Below, one piece after another: positions 1 through 16,881 of a stretch of DNA of 64,000 nucleotides; the first letter of the stretch is position 1; every line of letters begins with the position of its first letter. Position numbers and translations under genes: made by a program. Location of the stretch: contig JABVCE010000003.1 of NCBI GenBank assembly GCA_014905635.1, forward strand, positions 124,001-188,000, written 5' to 3'. This stretch comes from Scenedesmus sp. PABB004. Its lineage: Eukaryota. Under the pieces are notes generated by a model, which was not told where the DNA came from, did no database searches, and saw only the letters and a list, made by a program, of their open reading frames with translations.

Positions 1-943
1 CAGCGGCCTGGGGCGGGAGCTGAACACGGGGCTGTTCCCCATCAAAAACGTCATCCAGACCGACGCCGCGATCAACCCGGGCAACTCCGGCGGCGTGCTG
101 CTCGACAGCAAGGGGCGCCTCATCGGCATCAACACCGCCATCGCAGACCCAACGGGTGCGTGTGTGCATGTGTGTGCGCGCGCGCGCGGGCGGGGGCGTG
201 CTGGCTGACCCTGGGCGCGCCCGCGGCGGCGGCGGCTCCAGGCGGGCCGAGCTGCCACGCCGCCGCCGCGCCGCCCGCGCGCGCGCGCGCAGGCAAGGGC
301 GCGAGCAGCGGCGTGGGGTTTGCGATCCCCATCGACGCGGTGCGCGGCCTGGTGGGCCAGATCCTGCGGTACGGCCGCGTCATGCGGCCCAGCCTCGGCG
401 TCGTCATCGCGCCGCCCGCGGCGCTGCAGCGCGTCGGCGAGCGCGGCGTGCTGGTGCTCGACGTGAGCCGCGGCGGCGCGGCGGCGGCGCACGGGGGCGG
501 GCGGGGGCGGGAGCGCGCCGCCGCGCCGCCGCGCCGGCGCCCACGCCCGCCCGCACCGCACGGCGGCGCCCGCGCGCGCGCCGCGCAGGTGCAGCCCGGC
601 TCGCCGGCGGCGCGCGCGGGGCTGCGCCCGACCAGCCGCGCGCCCGGCGGCGACCTGGTGCTGGGCGACATCATCACCGCCATCGACGGCAAGCCGGTGC
701 GGCGCCGCCGGCGCGGCGGCGGCGGCGCGCGCGCGCGCGCGGGGCGCTGCGGGCCGGCCGCCGGGCGCGCGGCCGCGGCTCACGCGCCGCGCCGCGCAGG
801 TCGGCGGCGTGGCGGAGCTGCTGGAGCAGCTGGACGCGAAGCGCGTCGGGGACAAGGTGGTGGTCGAGGTCACGCGGGGCCGGGCGCACCTCAGCTTCAC
901 GGTCACGCTGGCGGACCGCGTGCTCGGCAGCGGCGCCGAGTGA
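1..943 (+). CDS. Deg/HtrA trypsin-like serine protease with PDZ domain (DEG1-like), 3' part; introns at about 157-292, 463-588, 697-799
   Basis: Spliced translation gives [14 protein letters not shown] (catalytic Ser motif), GVGFAIPID and PDZ-like [12 protein letters not shown]...[12 protein letters not shown]. Stop TGA at 941-943. The 5' end is outside the window. Confidence 0.9.
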
Positions 944-1300
944 CGCGGCGCCGGCGCAGGGCGTGCGAGGGGCGGGGCGCGCCGCCGCGCGCAGCGCCCC
1001 TGCTGCCTGCCTGTCATCATGCCACCTTGCCATCACGCCATCATGCGAGCGAGAGCGAGTGCGTCCGCCGCCGCGGCGGGGGGGGGGGGGGGGGGGGGGG
1101 GCGTGTTCAGTAGCGGCGGCTGCCCGGCCGGCTGGAGTTGCCGGCTGCGCGGGGCAGCCGGTGTGTGCGTGTGAGAATGCGCGGCGGCGCCGCGCGTTTG
1201 GCGGCCGCGCAGCGGCAGTTTTGGGCATCATCGCGGGGCGGCGTGCGCGGCGGGGCCGGCAGCAATAAGCAGCGCGGGCCCCAGCGCCTGCAGGCGCGCC

Positions 1301-1305
1301 TGTAA
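1301..1305 (+). promoter_or_regulatory. TGTAA green-algal polyadenylation signal, probably for the Deg gene
   Basis: First TGTAA seen downstream of the Deg stop. The same motif follows RPS7 (46192) and pirin (35692). Confidence 0.55.
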
Positions 1306-1336
1306 CCTCGCCAGGGCAAAAGGCAAAAGCACCAGG

Positions 1337-1337
<1 letters not shown>

Positions 1338-1367
<30 letters not shown>

Positions 1368-1488
1368 TCACCGCCAACCACCGGGGTGGTGTGCGTATAG
1401 TCTGATTGCACAGACAGATTCAATGAGCTCACACGGTAGAATCACGCGGTGAGCAGGATTTGAACCTGCGCGGGAACTCCCAATTGAT
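1338..1488 (-). tRNA. Circularly permuted tRNA-Ser(AGA), copy 1: 3' half 1488-1445, 70-nt intervening sequence, 5' half 1374-1338
   Basis: Both tRNA halves are the exact reverse complement of those at 6243-6393. TATATAA lies at 1537-1531 and a T4 terminator at 1328-1325 on the minus strand. Confidence 0.88.
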
Positions 1489-1827
1489 CGCATGCCGGTG
1501 CATGGGTGCGTCCGAAATCATCGACTTAAATTATATACGCTTGATGTCTAATGTTTTTGGAGCCGTTTTTCTCCCCGACCGCGGCGATTTCGGCCCGGGA
1601 AAAACGCCCAGTCACATCAGGGTCCATCGATCTTTCACCTCAGCCCGGGCGAAAAACGAACTCAAACAAAAAAGCGCACACGTCAGACCCACCCCTCCAC
1701 CCGCGCGTGCGCGCGGCCGGCCGGCCCGCGCGCGCCAGGCGCGCCCGCCCACGTGCCTCCAGCACCACCCGGCTGCTGCCGCCGGTGGACAGCGCGCCGG
1801 GGCTGCAGCTGCGCACCCTCAGCGGCA

Positions 1828-4800
1828 TCACTCGGGCGCCGTCCCCGGCTCTCCGGCGCCGCGCCGCGCGCCGCCGAGACCCGCCGGCCGCTGCCGCTTG
1901 GCCGTGGACAGCACCGCCTCCAGCGACATGTGCGCAAACGCTGCCTGCTGCGCCGCGCTGCGCTGCGCCGCCATGGCGGCTGCAGAGACGATGGATGCCG
2001 CGGGAGGCGAGGCTGCTGGGGCGCAAGGGAGGGAGCAGGGGCACGCGGCGCCAGGCGGCAGGTCGGCGCGAGGCGCGTCAGCGGCGCCGCAAGCGCTGAC
2101 TCTGCGCTCGGCGCTGCCGGCGGCTGCAGCAACGTGTGCGCTCAGGACTGTGCGCTTGCCAAAGCACCCCCGCTCACCTGGCGGCGCCGCAGCGTCGCGC
2201 ACACCTGCGGCTGCCGCCTGCTCAGCGCCGCACGCCGGCCACGCCTGCTGCTGCTGATGCTGCTGATGCAGGTGCTGATACTGCTGCTGCTGCTGCTGCT
2301 GCTGCCGCTCTGCCCAGGGATCGGTGAACCTGCTCAGCGCGCCGTGCGCCGGCAGCAGTGCCACGAACCCGCCGGGCGCGAGCGGTGCAGCCAGCACGGC
2401 CGCCGTGACCGGCGGCGACAGCGCCCCCCGGGCCGCTGCCGCTGCCGCTGCGCTCGGCGGCGGCGCGTGCGCTGCTGCCAGCCACGGTGCTGCAGCCGGG
2501 CCAGGCGCGGCGGGCGCGCACGCCGAGCTCGCCGAGGCGGCAGCTGGCGGCGGCGCCACCGGCCGCAGCCAGTCGGCGCACGGCTGCGCCCACGGCGGCG
2601 CCTGACGGCTGGGGCGGGGGCCGTGCTGCGCCAACGGCGGCAACACCACCGTGTGTGCACCCGCCTGCTGCGGCGAGTCCAGCCAGGGCGCCGCTGGGTG
2701 CTGGGCTGTGTGTGGCGCCGCCACGTTGCTGCTGCCCCCTTCGAGTGTTGGGTCTTGCTGCCAAGGCTGCTGCAGGTCCAGACCGGACTGCGCCAGCTCC
2801 GCCCAGGCATGAGCCTCCTTGCAAGACCAGGCCCGCACCGGCGTGGGGTGCCGCCCAGGCTGCGCGGGCTGCTGTCCGCCCTGCTGGTCGGGCACCTGCC
2901 ACCGCGCCCGCACGCGCTCGCTCTTGCTGGCTGCAAGCCGCGCCTGCTTGGCCGGCCGGGCCGGCAGCTCCTGTGCCGGCGGCGGCAGCGGCTCTGGCTC
3001 CGCGGCCGGCGGCGGGCGCAGCTCCCACGGCTGCTCGCCGTCCACGCCGATGTGGCGGTTGGAGAGCCTGCCCTTGAGGCGTGCCAGCTTGTCCGCAATC
3101 GCGGCGCGCCCCAGCAGCACCGCGCCCGCGGCGTCGCCGCACACGCCATACGCTGACGGCTCGGCGGCCAGGCTCGCGCCGGCGCCGGCGCCGCAGCTGC
3201 TGGTGCGGCTGATGTCGAGGCTGCCAACGCTGAGGCTGCCGCTGCTGGGGCTGCTTGCCAGCAGGCCCAGGCCTGCTGACTCCTGGGCGTCAGCGATGGG
3301 CGCCGGCGCGGCCACGCGCCTGCGGCTGCCGGCGCGCCCCCCGCCGGCGCGCACAGCAGTGCCGGCCGCCAGCGGGGCTGCTGCTGCCGGCACGCCCGGC
3401 TGCACCGCGCCCAGGGCCGCCGCCCCCGTCAGCGGTGGCAGCTGCGTGCTGCTCGCGCGCCGGCCGCCGCCGCCGACAGGCGCGCCCAGGCTGCATCTGC
3501 GTTCGTGCTGGCTCGGCGCCGGCGGCTGCGGCGTGGGGCCGCTGCTGCTGTCCAGTGCTGGCGCTACTGAGCCGTGCGAGCTGCTGCGCCGGTGGCCCCG
3601 CGCCAGGCCAGCCACAGCGCCGCCGCCGACATCCGGCAGCGCTGCGGCGCCCGGTCGCTCGACTGTGCCCCAGCCGCTGCGGACGGCGGCGGCTGCCAGC
3701 TCCGCGAACGGGGCGCCAGCTGGCCGCCTCCTCAGCAGCTGCAGCTGCTTGACAAGCTGCAGCGGGTCACCGCTCGCTGCGCCGCTGACTGTGGTGGGCA
3801 CGGCGGCGCGCGCCTGGCCGGCCAGGCCCTGCGCCTCGCTCCCCGGCGTCGACTGCTGGCGGCGTGGCGGTGCGACGCTGGCGGCAGGCCGCGCCGACCG
3901 CCCACCCCCGCTGGCTGCCTCGCGGTGCGACTGGCTCAGGCGCCGGCCGCCGCTGTCGCCACCGCCCGCGGTGCTGCCGCACCTGCCGTCGCGGTGCGAG
4001 CTGGCGGTGGTCGGCTCCGACCTGCTCGTCTTGCGGTCTGAGCCCCGAGGCGTGGCGCGGCTGCCGGCGCCGCCTGCCGGCGCCCCGCCACCCACCGCCG
4101 CCGCCGCCGCCGCCAGCTGCGCCAGCGGCAGCAGCAGCACGCGCGCAGCCACCCTGCTGCTCGGTGGCGCCGGGCAGCAGGGCGCGCTGTCACCACCACA
4201 GCTGGCAGCCGCGCTGGGCTGCTGCTCCTGCTGGTCACCGGCCGCCGGCAGCGACGACGGCTGCTGCGGTGCAAGCTGCAACCGCCGCCGCTCCAGCGCC
4301 CGCGCCTCCATCGCCGCCGCCGGCGCCGCCGACGACGCTGGGCTCGCTGGCAGCGCGACAGGCTGGTCCGAAGCAGCCGGGGGATCCCTCGGCTGCGGCG
4401 CGGCAGTGAGCTGGTGTGCTGGCTGCTGCTTGCGGCCACGCAGCCGGCGTGAGACCGCAAAGTGCGCGGCGGCCAGCGCGCAGCCCAGCGGCTGCAGCAG
4501 CGCGCGCGCGGCGCCGTGCTGCCCGGCCGCCATCGAGGGCGGTGACGTGCCCTCGACGCGGCGGCGCGCTGCCTTGGCACTGCGCGCAACGCGCGCCGGG
4601 AGCGCATCGGGCGCGTGCTGCTCATGTGCGCTGACTGCGCGGCGCTGCGCAGCGTCTGGTGGTGGCACCAGAAGCGGCAGCGGCGGTGGCAGCAGCTGCT
4701 CCAGGCTCTGCTCTGGCTGCTGCTCCAGCTCCTGCTCCAGCTCCTGCTCCAGCTCCTGCGCCAGCTCCAGCTCCGGCTGCGCCTCGCAAACCTGCAGCTG

Positions 4801-5057
4801 CGGCGCCGGCTCGTCGCCCAGCTCGGACGGCCGCCGTGGCTGCCGGCCGGGACCGGCTGCTGACCACTCGGCAAACTCCTGCAGCAGCTGTCGGCGGCGG
4901 AGCCCGCGAGGCGCGGTTCGGCTCGGGCGGCGGGCCGCCAGGGCGCGCTGCCGGCGCGCTGCTGCTGCGCGCGCCGCGGCGCCATCCGCCCCGCCCCAGC
5001 GCTGCCCACCTGGGAGTAGTTGTCCCGTAACAGCTTGAGTCCAAGCGAGTTCCGCAT
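1828..5057 (-). CDS. Hypothetical low-complexity (Ala/Gln/Pro-rich) protein of about 1000 aa; its last intron and exon lie inside the left repeat arm
   Basis: Putative first exon MRNSLGLKLLRDNYSQ, then a GT..AG intron, then LLQEFAEWSAAG joining the long open frame with ELEQ repeats and poly-Q. No recognisable domain. The start is uncertain. Confidence 0.5.
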
Positions 5058-6193
5058 GCGGGCTGAGGGCTGCCGTGCGGTGCAGGGCGCCTCGCTGAAC
5101 GCCGCTGCACCGAAGGCGCTGCTGGCGGGCAGCCCCGCCTCTGGTGGCGCCCGCATCGCGTTCCTGACGCGTGCCAGAGCGCCTGAGACGACTGGTACGC
5201 CTCGGCGGACGGCGCACGGACCGGCGGCACGAGGTCAACGACACCGCCTCGGCGGCCTTTGCGATGCGCCGCCCAACGCGAAGTGCGCAGCAGCCCTCTG
5301 TCACGCTGCGGCAGCGGCAATACCATCTGCGGGTAGCCGCGGCCCGCCGCGAAAACCCTGCGCCGCCCGACGGCCGTTTTGACGTGCGGGCGCTCTAGCA
5401 GAGCGCTGCCGCCGCCGGCGGCTCGCACAGCGCCCCCACAGCGGCGGCTCGCGCAGCGCCCCCACTCCCCTCCTCCCCGCCCCAGCCGTCAGGCGAGGCC
5501 ATTAGCGTGCGCCGGCTGACGGCAGCCTCAGGTGTGCGCGACGCTGCCGCGCCGCCAGGTGAGCGGGGGTGCTTTGGCAAGGGTCCTGAGCGCACACGTT
5601 GCTGCAGCCGCCGGCAGCGCCGAGCGCAGAGTCAGCGCTTGCGGCGCCGCTGACGCGCCTCGCGCCGACCTGCCGCCTGGCGCCGCGTGCCCCTGCTCCC
5701 TCCCTTGCGCCCCAGCAGCCTCGCCTCCCGCGGCATCCATCGTCTCTGCAGCCGCCATGGCGGCGCAGCGCAGCGCGGCGCAGCAGGCAGCGTTTGCGCA
5801 CATGTCGCTGGAGGCGGTGCTGTCCACGGCCAAGCGGCAGCGGCCGGCGGGTCTCGGCGGCGCGCGGCGCGGCGCCGGAGAGCCGGGGACGGCGCCCGAG
5901 TGATGCCGCTGAGGGTGCGCAGCTGCAGCCCCGGCGCGCTGTCCACCGGCGGCAGCAGCCGGGTGGTGCTGGAGGCACGTGGGCGGGCGCGCCTGGCGCG
6001 CGCGGGCCGGCCGGCCGCGCGCACGCGCGGGTGGAGGGGTGGGTCTGACGTGTGCGCTTTTTTGTTTGAGTTCGTTTTTCGCCCGGGCTGAGGTGAAAGA
6101 TCGATGGACCCTGATGTGACTGGGCGTTTTTCCCGGGCCGAAATCGCCGCGGTCGGGGAGAAAAACGGCTCCAAAAACATTAGACATCAAGCG

Positions 6194-6200
6194 TATATAA
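6194..6200 (+). promoter_or_regulatory. TATA box upstream of the permuted tRNA leader
   Basis: TATATAA in an otherwise very GC-rich sequence, about 30 nt upstream of the pairing leader (6230-6242). Confidence 0.65.
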
Positions 6201-6242
6201 TTTAAGTCGATGATTTCGGACGCACCCATGCACCGGCATGCG

Positions 6243-6363
6243 ATCAATTGGGAGTTCCCGCGCAGGTTCAAATCCTGCTCACCGCGTGATTCTACCGTGT
6301 GAGCTCATTGAATCTGTCTGTGCAAACAGACTATACGCACACCACCCCGGTGGTTGGCGGTGA

Positions 6364-6393
<30 letters not shown>
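6243..6393 (+). tRNA. Circularly permuted tRNA-Ser(AGA), copy 2: 3' half (nt 38-73) at 6243-6286, intervening 6287-6356, 5' half (nt 1-37) at 6357-6393
   Basis: 5' half: GCGGTGA-TG-GCCGAGCGGTTAAGGC-G-ATTGA-CT-AGA-A. 3' half: A-TCAAT-TGGGAGTTCCCGC-GCAGG-TTCAAAT-CCTGC-TCACCGC-G. The acceptor stem (GCGGTGA/TCACCGC), anticodon stem (ATTGA/TCAAT) and T stem pair perfectly. Long Ser-type variable arm and G73 discriminator are present. Confidence 0.9.
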
Positions 6394-6394
<1 letters not shown>

Positions 6395-6402
6395 CCTGGT
6401 GC

Positions 6403-6413
6403 TTTTGCCTTTT
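6403..6413 (+). terminator. Pol III T-run terminator(s) after the permuted tRNA trailer
   Basis: TTTT at 6403-6406 and again at 6410-6413, directly after the trailer TCCTGGTGC. Confidence 0.6.
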
Positions 6414-6794
6414 GCCCTGGCACGCCTGCACGCCTGGGCCCACCCCGCGGCGGTGGAGAGGTTACAGGCGCGCCTGCAGGCGCTGGGGCCCCGCGCTGCT
6501 TATTGCTGCCGGCCCCGCCGCGCACGCCGCCCCGCGATGATGCCCAAAACTGCCGCTGCGCGGCCGCCAAACGCGCGGCGCCGCCGCGCATTCTCACACG
6601 CACACACCGGCTGCCCCGCGCAGCCGGCAACTCCAGCCGGCCGGGCAGCCGCCGCTACTGAACACGCCGCCCCCCCCCCCCCCCCCCCCCCCCGCGGCGG
6701 CGGACGCACTCGCTCTCGCTCGCGCCGCATGCGCGCCGCCGCCGCCGCCCCGCCCCGCCCCCGCCAGCCCCGTTGCTGCGCGGGCGCGCGGCGC

Positions 6795-13541
<6,747 letters not shown>

Positions 13542-13584
13542 GCGGCGGGCGCTGCTCCGCGCGTGCGTCTGAGTTGCAACTCTC

Positions 13585-13642
13585 TGAATCCCCCTCCCCG
13601 AGAGCTCAGCCCGCGTGAATCCCCCTCCCCGAGAGCTCAGCA
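13585..13642. repeat. Two-copy tandem repeat, period 31 bp
   Basis: TGAATCCCCCTCCCCGAGAGCTCAGC at 13585 and 13616. Confidence 0.85.
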
Positions 13643-14101
13643 GTTTGGCGGGTCCAGCGCGCAGAGAATTGAGGTCACGCGGCAGGCGCGCGGGCGCTCG
13701 GCCGGCCACGCGGCCGGCGTCACATGCGCGCCGCCGTAATCTGCCGGAGCGCCTTGACCCAGACATCTGGGTCATCTAACCCAGACCCACACACCATGCT
13801 CTCCCCTGCGTTTTAATACGGTTTCATTGGAGCCGTGCCGTCGCCCGCCGTCCCCAGGCGGCGCATCATGGGACACAGCGGCCGCGCGCAGCGCTGCACC
13901 TCCCGCCGGGAGCACGCAACCATGCACACGCACTTCAAGTGCAGCCCGCCCTCTCTCACTGCTGCACACGTGTGCGGGCGGCAGAATGACCGTCCACCCG
14001 CCGCTCCCGCCAGCGGCGCGCGCGCCCGTCTGCAATGTGCGTCGGCGCGCGCGTCCCGCTGCACTGTGCGGCGGCGCGCACGTCCCCTGCTGGCGCGCTG
14101 G

Positions 14102-16324
14102 TCATGCGAGCTGGTTGGGGTCGAGGACCAGCAGCACCTCCTCCTCCTCCGGCGCCGGCGCGACGCCGTGGTCGGGGCTGTGCTCCTCGAGCGCCTCGTG
14201 CGTGGCCCGCGCCTCCTTGCGCCAGTCCACGCACAGCATGAGCGCCAGGCTCACGCCCGCCGCGAGGAAGCAGCCCGTGGCCATGCCAAACCACAGCCCC
14301 GGCAGGCCGAGCCGGGGGCCCCTGAAGGTCAGCCACCAGCCCAGCGGCACGCCCACCACCCAGAAGCAGCAGGTGTTGAGCAGCATCAGCTGCGCCTGCC
14401 GCCCCAGGCCGCGCAGCACGCCCTGGCTCGTGCCCAGCACGCCGTCGCCGACCTGCGGCGCACGCGCGGCAGCGGCGGCGGCGGCGGCGCGTCAGCGCCG
14501 TGTGCCCGCTGCCCTCGGCCGCCCGCTGCCCGCTGCCCGCGCCGCCGCGCGCCGGCGCGCCGCGCCGCGCACCTGGTACGCCGCGCCGAGCGGCGCGATG
14601 CGCGCGACGAGCTGCAGCACCTCGGCGTCGCCCGAGGTGAAGAGGTCGCCGAGCTCGTAGCGGAAGGCGTAGATCGCCGCGCCGCAGAGGGCCATGAAGC
14701 TCACGCCGAGGCTCACGATCACGCGGCTGCTCGTGCGCGCCGCGCCGGGCAGGCCCGCGCCGAGCAGGTTGCCGACGCGGATCGTGCCCGCCGTCGCGAG
14801 CGCAAAGGGCATCGCGATGTAGCAGAGGCTCGTGATCGCAAACACGCCCGCGTGCGCCGCGACGTCGGCGGGGCCGAGGAAGCCGCTGAACGCGGTGGTG
14901 ACCTCGAAGCTCGCGCACTCGAGGCCCATCATGATGCCGCCTGCGCGGCGGCAGCGCGGGTGCACGGGCGCGGGTGGGAGGGCCAGGGGCGGGCGCGGGG
15001 CGGCCTGCGGCGCCAGGCGGCGGGCGCGGCGCTGGCGGGCCGGGCGCGCCGCGTCGCGCGCCGCGCGCCGCACCCGGCACGCCGAGCGCGAGGAAGGTCC
15101 AGGTGACGTCGGCGCGCGCCGCCTGGCGCGCGCGCTGCGCGAGCGTGCGCCACGCGTCGCCGCTCCACCACGCGCAGCACAGCCGCCCCGGGGCGCGCTC
15201 CGCGACCGCGACGACGACGAGCATCATCACCAGCAGCGCGACGCGCGTGCCCGTGGCGGCAAACGCGACGCCCCGCAGGCCGAGCAGCTCGGTGCCGGCG
15301 ATTGAGGCGGCGACGTTGACCGCGATCGACAGCCCGCTCGCGATCGCGGGCGGGCCGACGATGCCCTGCGTCTGCAGGTACTTTTGCAGCAGCTGCGCCA
15401 TGCTCATGGGCCACAGCCCCGGCAGCAGCCAGCGGCAGAACTTGCTGACCAGCGCCGCGACCTCGGGCCCCTGGCCAAAGAACAGCTCCGCGACCTCGCC
15501 GCCGTACCACATCGCGAGCTGCGGCCGCGGCGGTGGGCGGGCGCGTGGGCGGGCGGGCGCGGAGGCGGGCGGCGCGGCGCGGCGGCGTGCCCCCGCTGCC
15601 GCAGCGCCCCGCCGCCGCGCGGCCGCGCGGCGCGTCGACCGGGCTCACCCCCATGGGCACGTTGAGGGCGGTGAGCACAAACGCGGCCGAGAGCGCCCAG
15701 CAGACGAGGCCGCCGCGGTCGCCCGCGCCCACGGCCTGGCTGCCGAGCGTGTCGAGCGCGGTGCTCACGCCGAGCAGGGTGTACCACATCAGGTTCCACC
15801 ACTGCGCGCAGCAAAGCATGACGCGGCGACGGCTCGCACGCGGCGGCGACGGCTCGCGCGCGGCGGCGGCGACGGCGGCGCGGCGGCGCCCGCCAGCCGG
15901 CGCCGCGCACCGTGTTGCTGAGCGCCGCGGCGGCCATCTCGTCGGTGCCGATGTGGCCGCTGAACATCTGCGATGTCACGATGATGACCTGCTGCGCCGC
16001 CGTGGTCACGACCGTGGGCATCGCCAGCAGCAGCACCGCCTGGAGCTCGCGCCCCAGCGAGCTGCAGCCCCGCGCCAGCGGGGTGGTGAAGCTCTCGCTC
16101 CGCCGCTTGCCCGACGCCAGCAGCGGCACCGAGAGCGGCGAGCCGCCGTCGTCGCTGGACGCCACCACCACGGTGGCGTCCGGGGAGCCAGACACCACCA
16201 GGCCGGCGTCCGGCAGGGCGGCGCGCGGCGAGCCGGGCTCCGGCCGCCACGCTGCTGGCGCGGCGCCGCTGCCGCCGTGGGCGCCGGCGGCATCCTCCGG
16301 CGACCGCGGGTGCGCAGGGGCCAT
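14102..16324 (-). CDS. MATE (DTX) family efflux transporter, multi-exon
   Basis: [79 protein letters not shown]. Confidence 0.93.
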
Positions 16325-16881
16325 GTGCAGCGTCGTCCTTGCGGCGCAGGCTGGCAACTGCGGCGTTTCTCACGGCGCACCGTCCCACGTGCAGAATGGC
16401 CGACCCTAGCCTGGCCCGCACGCGACCGCAGCGACCCTGCCGCTCCCGCCCCAGCTGCCCCGCGCGCTCGTTGAAGCTTCGCGCCGGCTGCGAGCAGCGC
16501 TGGCCGCGCGCGCTGGCGGTGGGCGCGGGCTGGTGCGGGAGGCCGCCCCGGTCGGCTGTGTGGCGCCCGTTGCTCCGCTGCTGCCGCGCTGTGCGGAGCG
16601 GGAGGTGGCAGTTCGTGTGAGCGGCGCGGCGAGCCCGTCGCCGCGATTGCGTGACCCACGGCGGGTTGGTGAGCCCTGGCGCGCCCCGGCGGCCCAACCA
16701 ACGTGTGAACGCGGCGGCTGGCCCAGCGTGTGCGCCAACGGCCCGCCTGCCGCGCTCGGCTGCAAGCGCTGCGCTGAGGCGCACGCCGCCGCCGCCCGCG
16801 CGCGGCCGCGGTGAACGCGGTCGGGAGGCCAGCGCGGTTTCACCAGCCAGCCAGCCACACAGGACCTCCCGTGCTGACCTG

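Larger units (their letters stand above)
1045..2216. repeat. Left arm of a ~1.2-kb inverted duplication (partner 5520-6723)
   Basis: Near-identical reverse complement of 5520-6723. Differences seen: a 36-bp segment present only in the right arm (6422-6457), an SNP at 1405/6326, a net 5-bp indel near 2149/5582, and a few SNPs at the inner end. Confidence 0.97.
5520..6723. repeat. Right arm of the ~1.2-kb inverted duplication (partner 1045-2216); includes an apparently promoterless copy of the 3' end of the 1828-5057 gene (5520-5903)
   Basis: Direct sequence comparison. The ORF track shows identical peptides on opposite strands (1551..2099 + vs 5632..6180 -). Confidence 0.97.

Noticed and set aside
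1078..1101. Long G/C homopolymers (also about 6670, 20995, 40610, 59932) as functional G-quadruplex elements
   Set aside because: They are scattered in UTRs and introns, differ between the repeat arms and are error-prone in sequencing. Nothing specific supports a function.
1460..2257. ORF MNLRGNSQLIAC... present twice (also 5528..6271) as a duplicated gene
   Set aside because: It starts at TTG inside the antisense of the tRNA 3' half. Its duplication is simply a consequence of the inverted repeat.
6243..6393. tRNA halves as integration-site relics (attL/attR-like) or a SINE head
   Set aside because: The halves are non-overlapping, fully complementary and split exactly at 37/38, with a pairing leader/trailer, TATA and terminator. 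No integrase or SINE tail is seen. Not formally excluded without expression data.
1045..6723. DNA transposon or foldback element with long TIRs
   Set aside because: No target-site duplication at the outer ends and no transposase motif in the spacer. The arms consist of host-type sequence (UTR, tRNA, gene 3' end).
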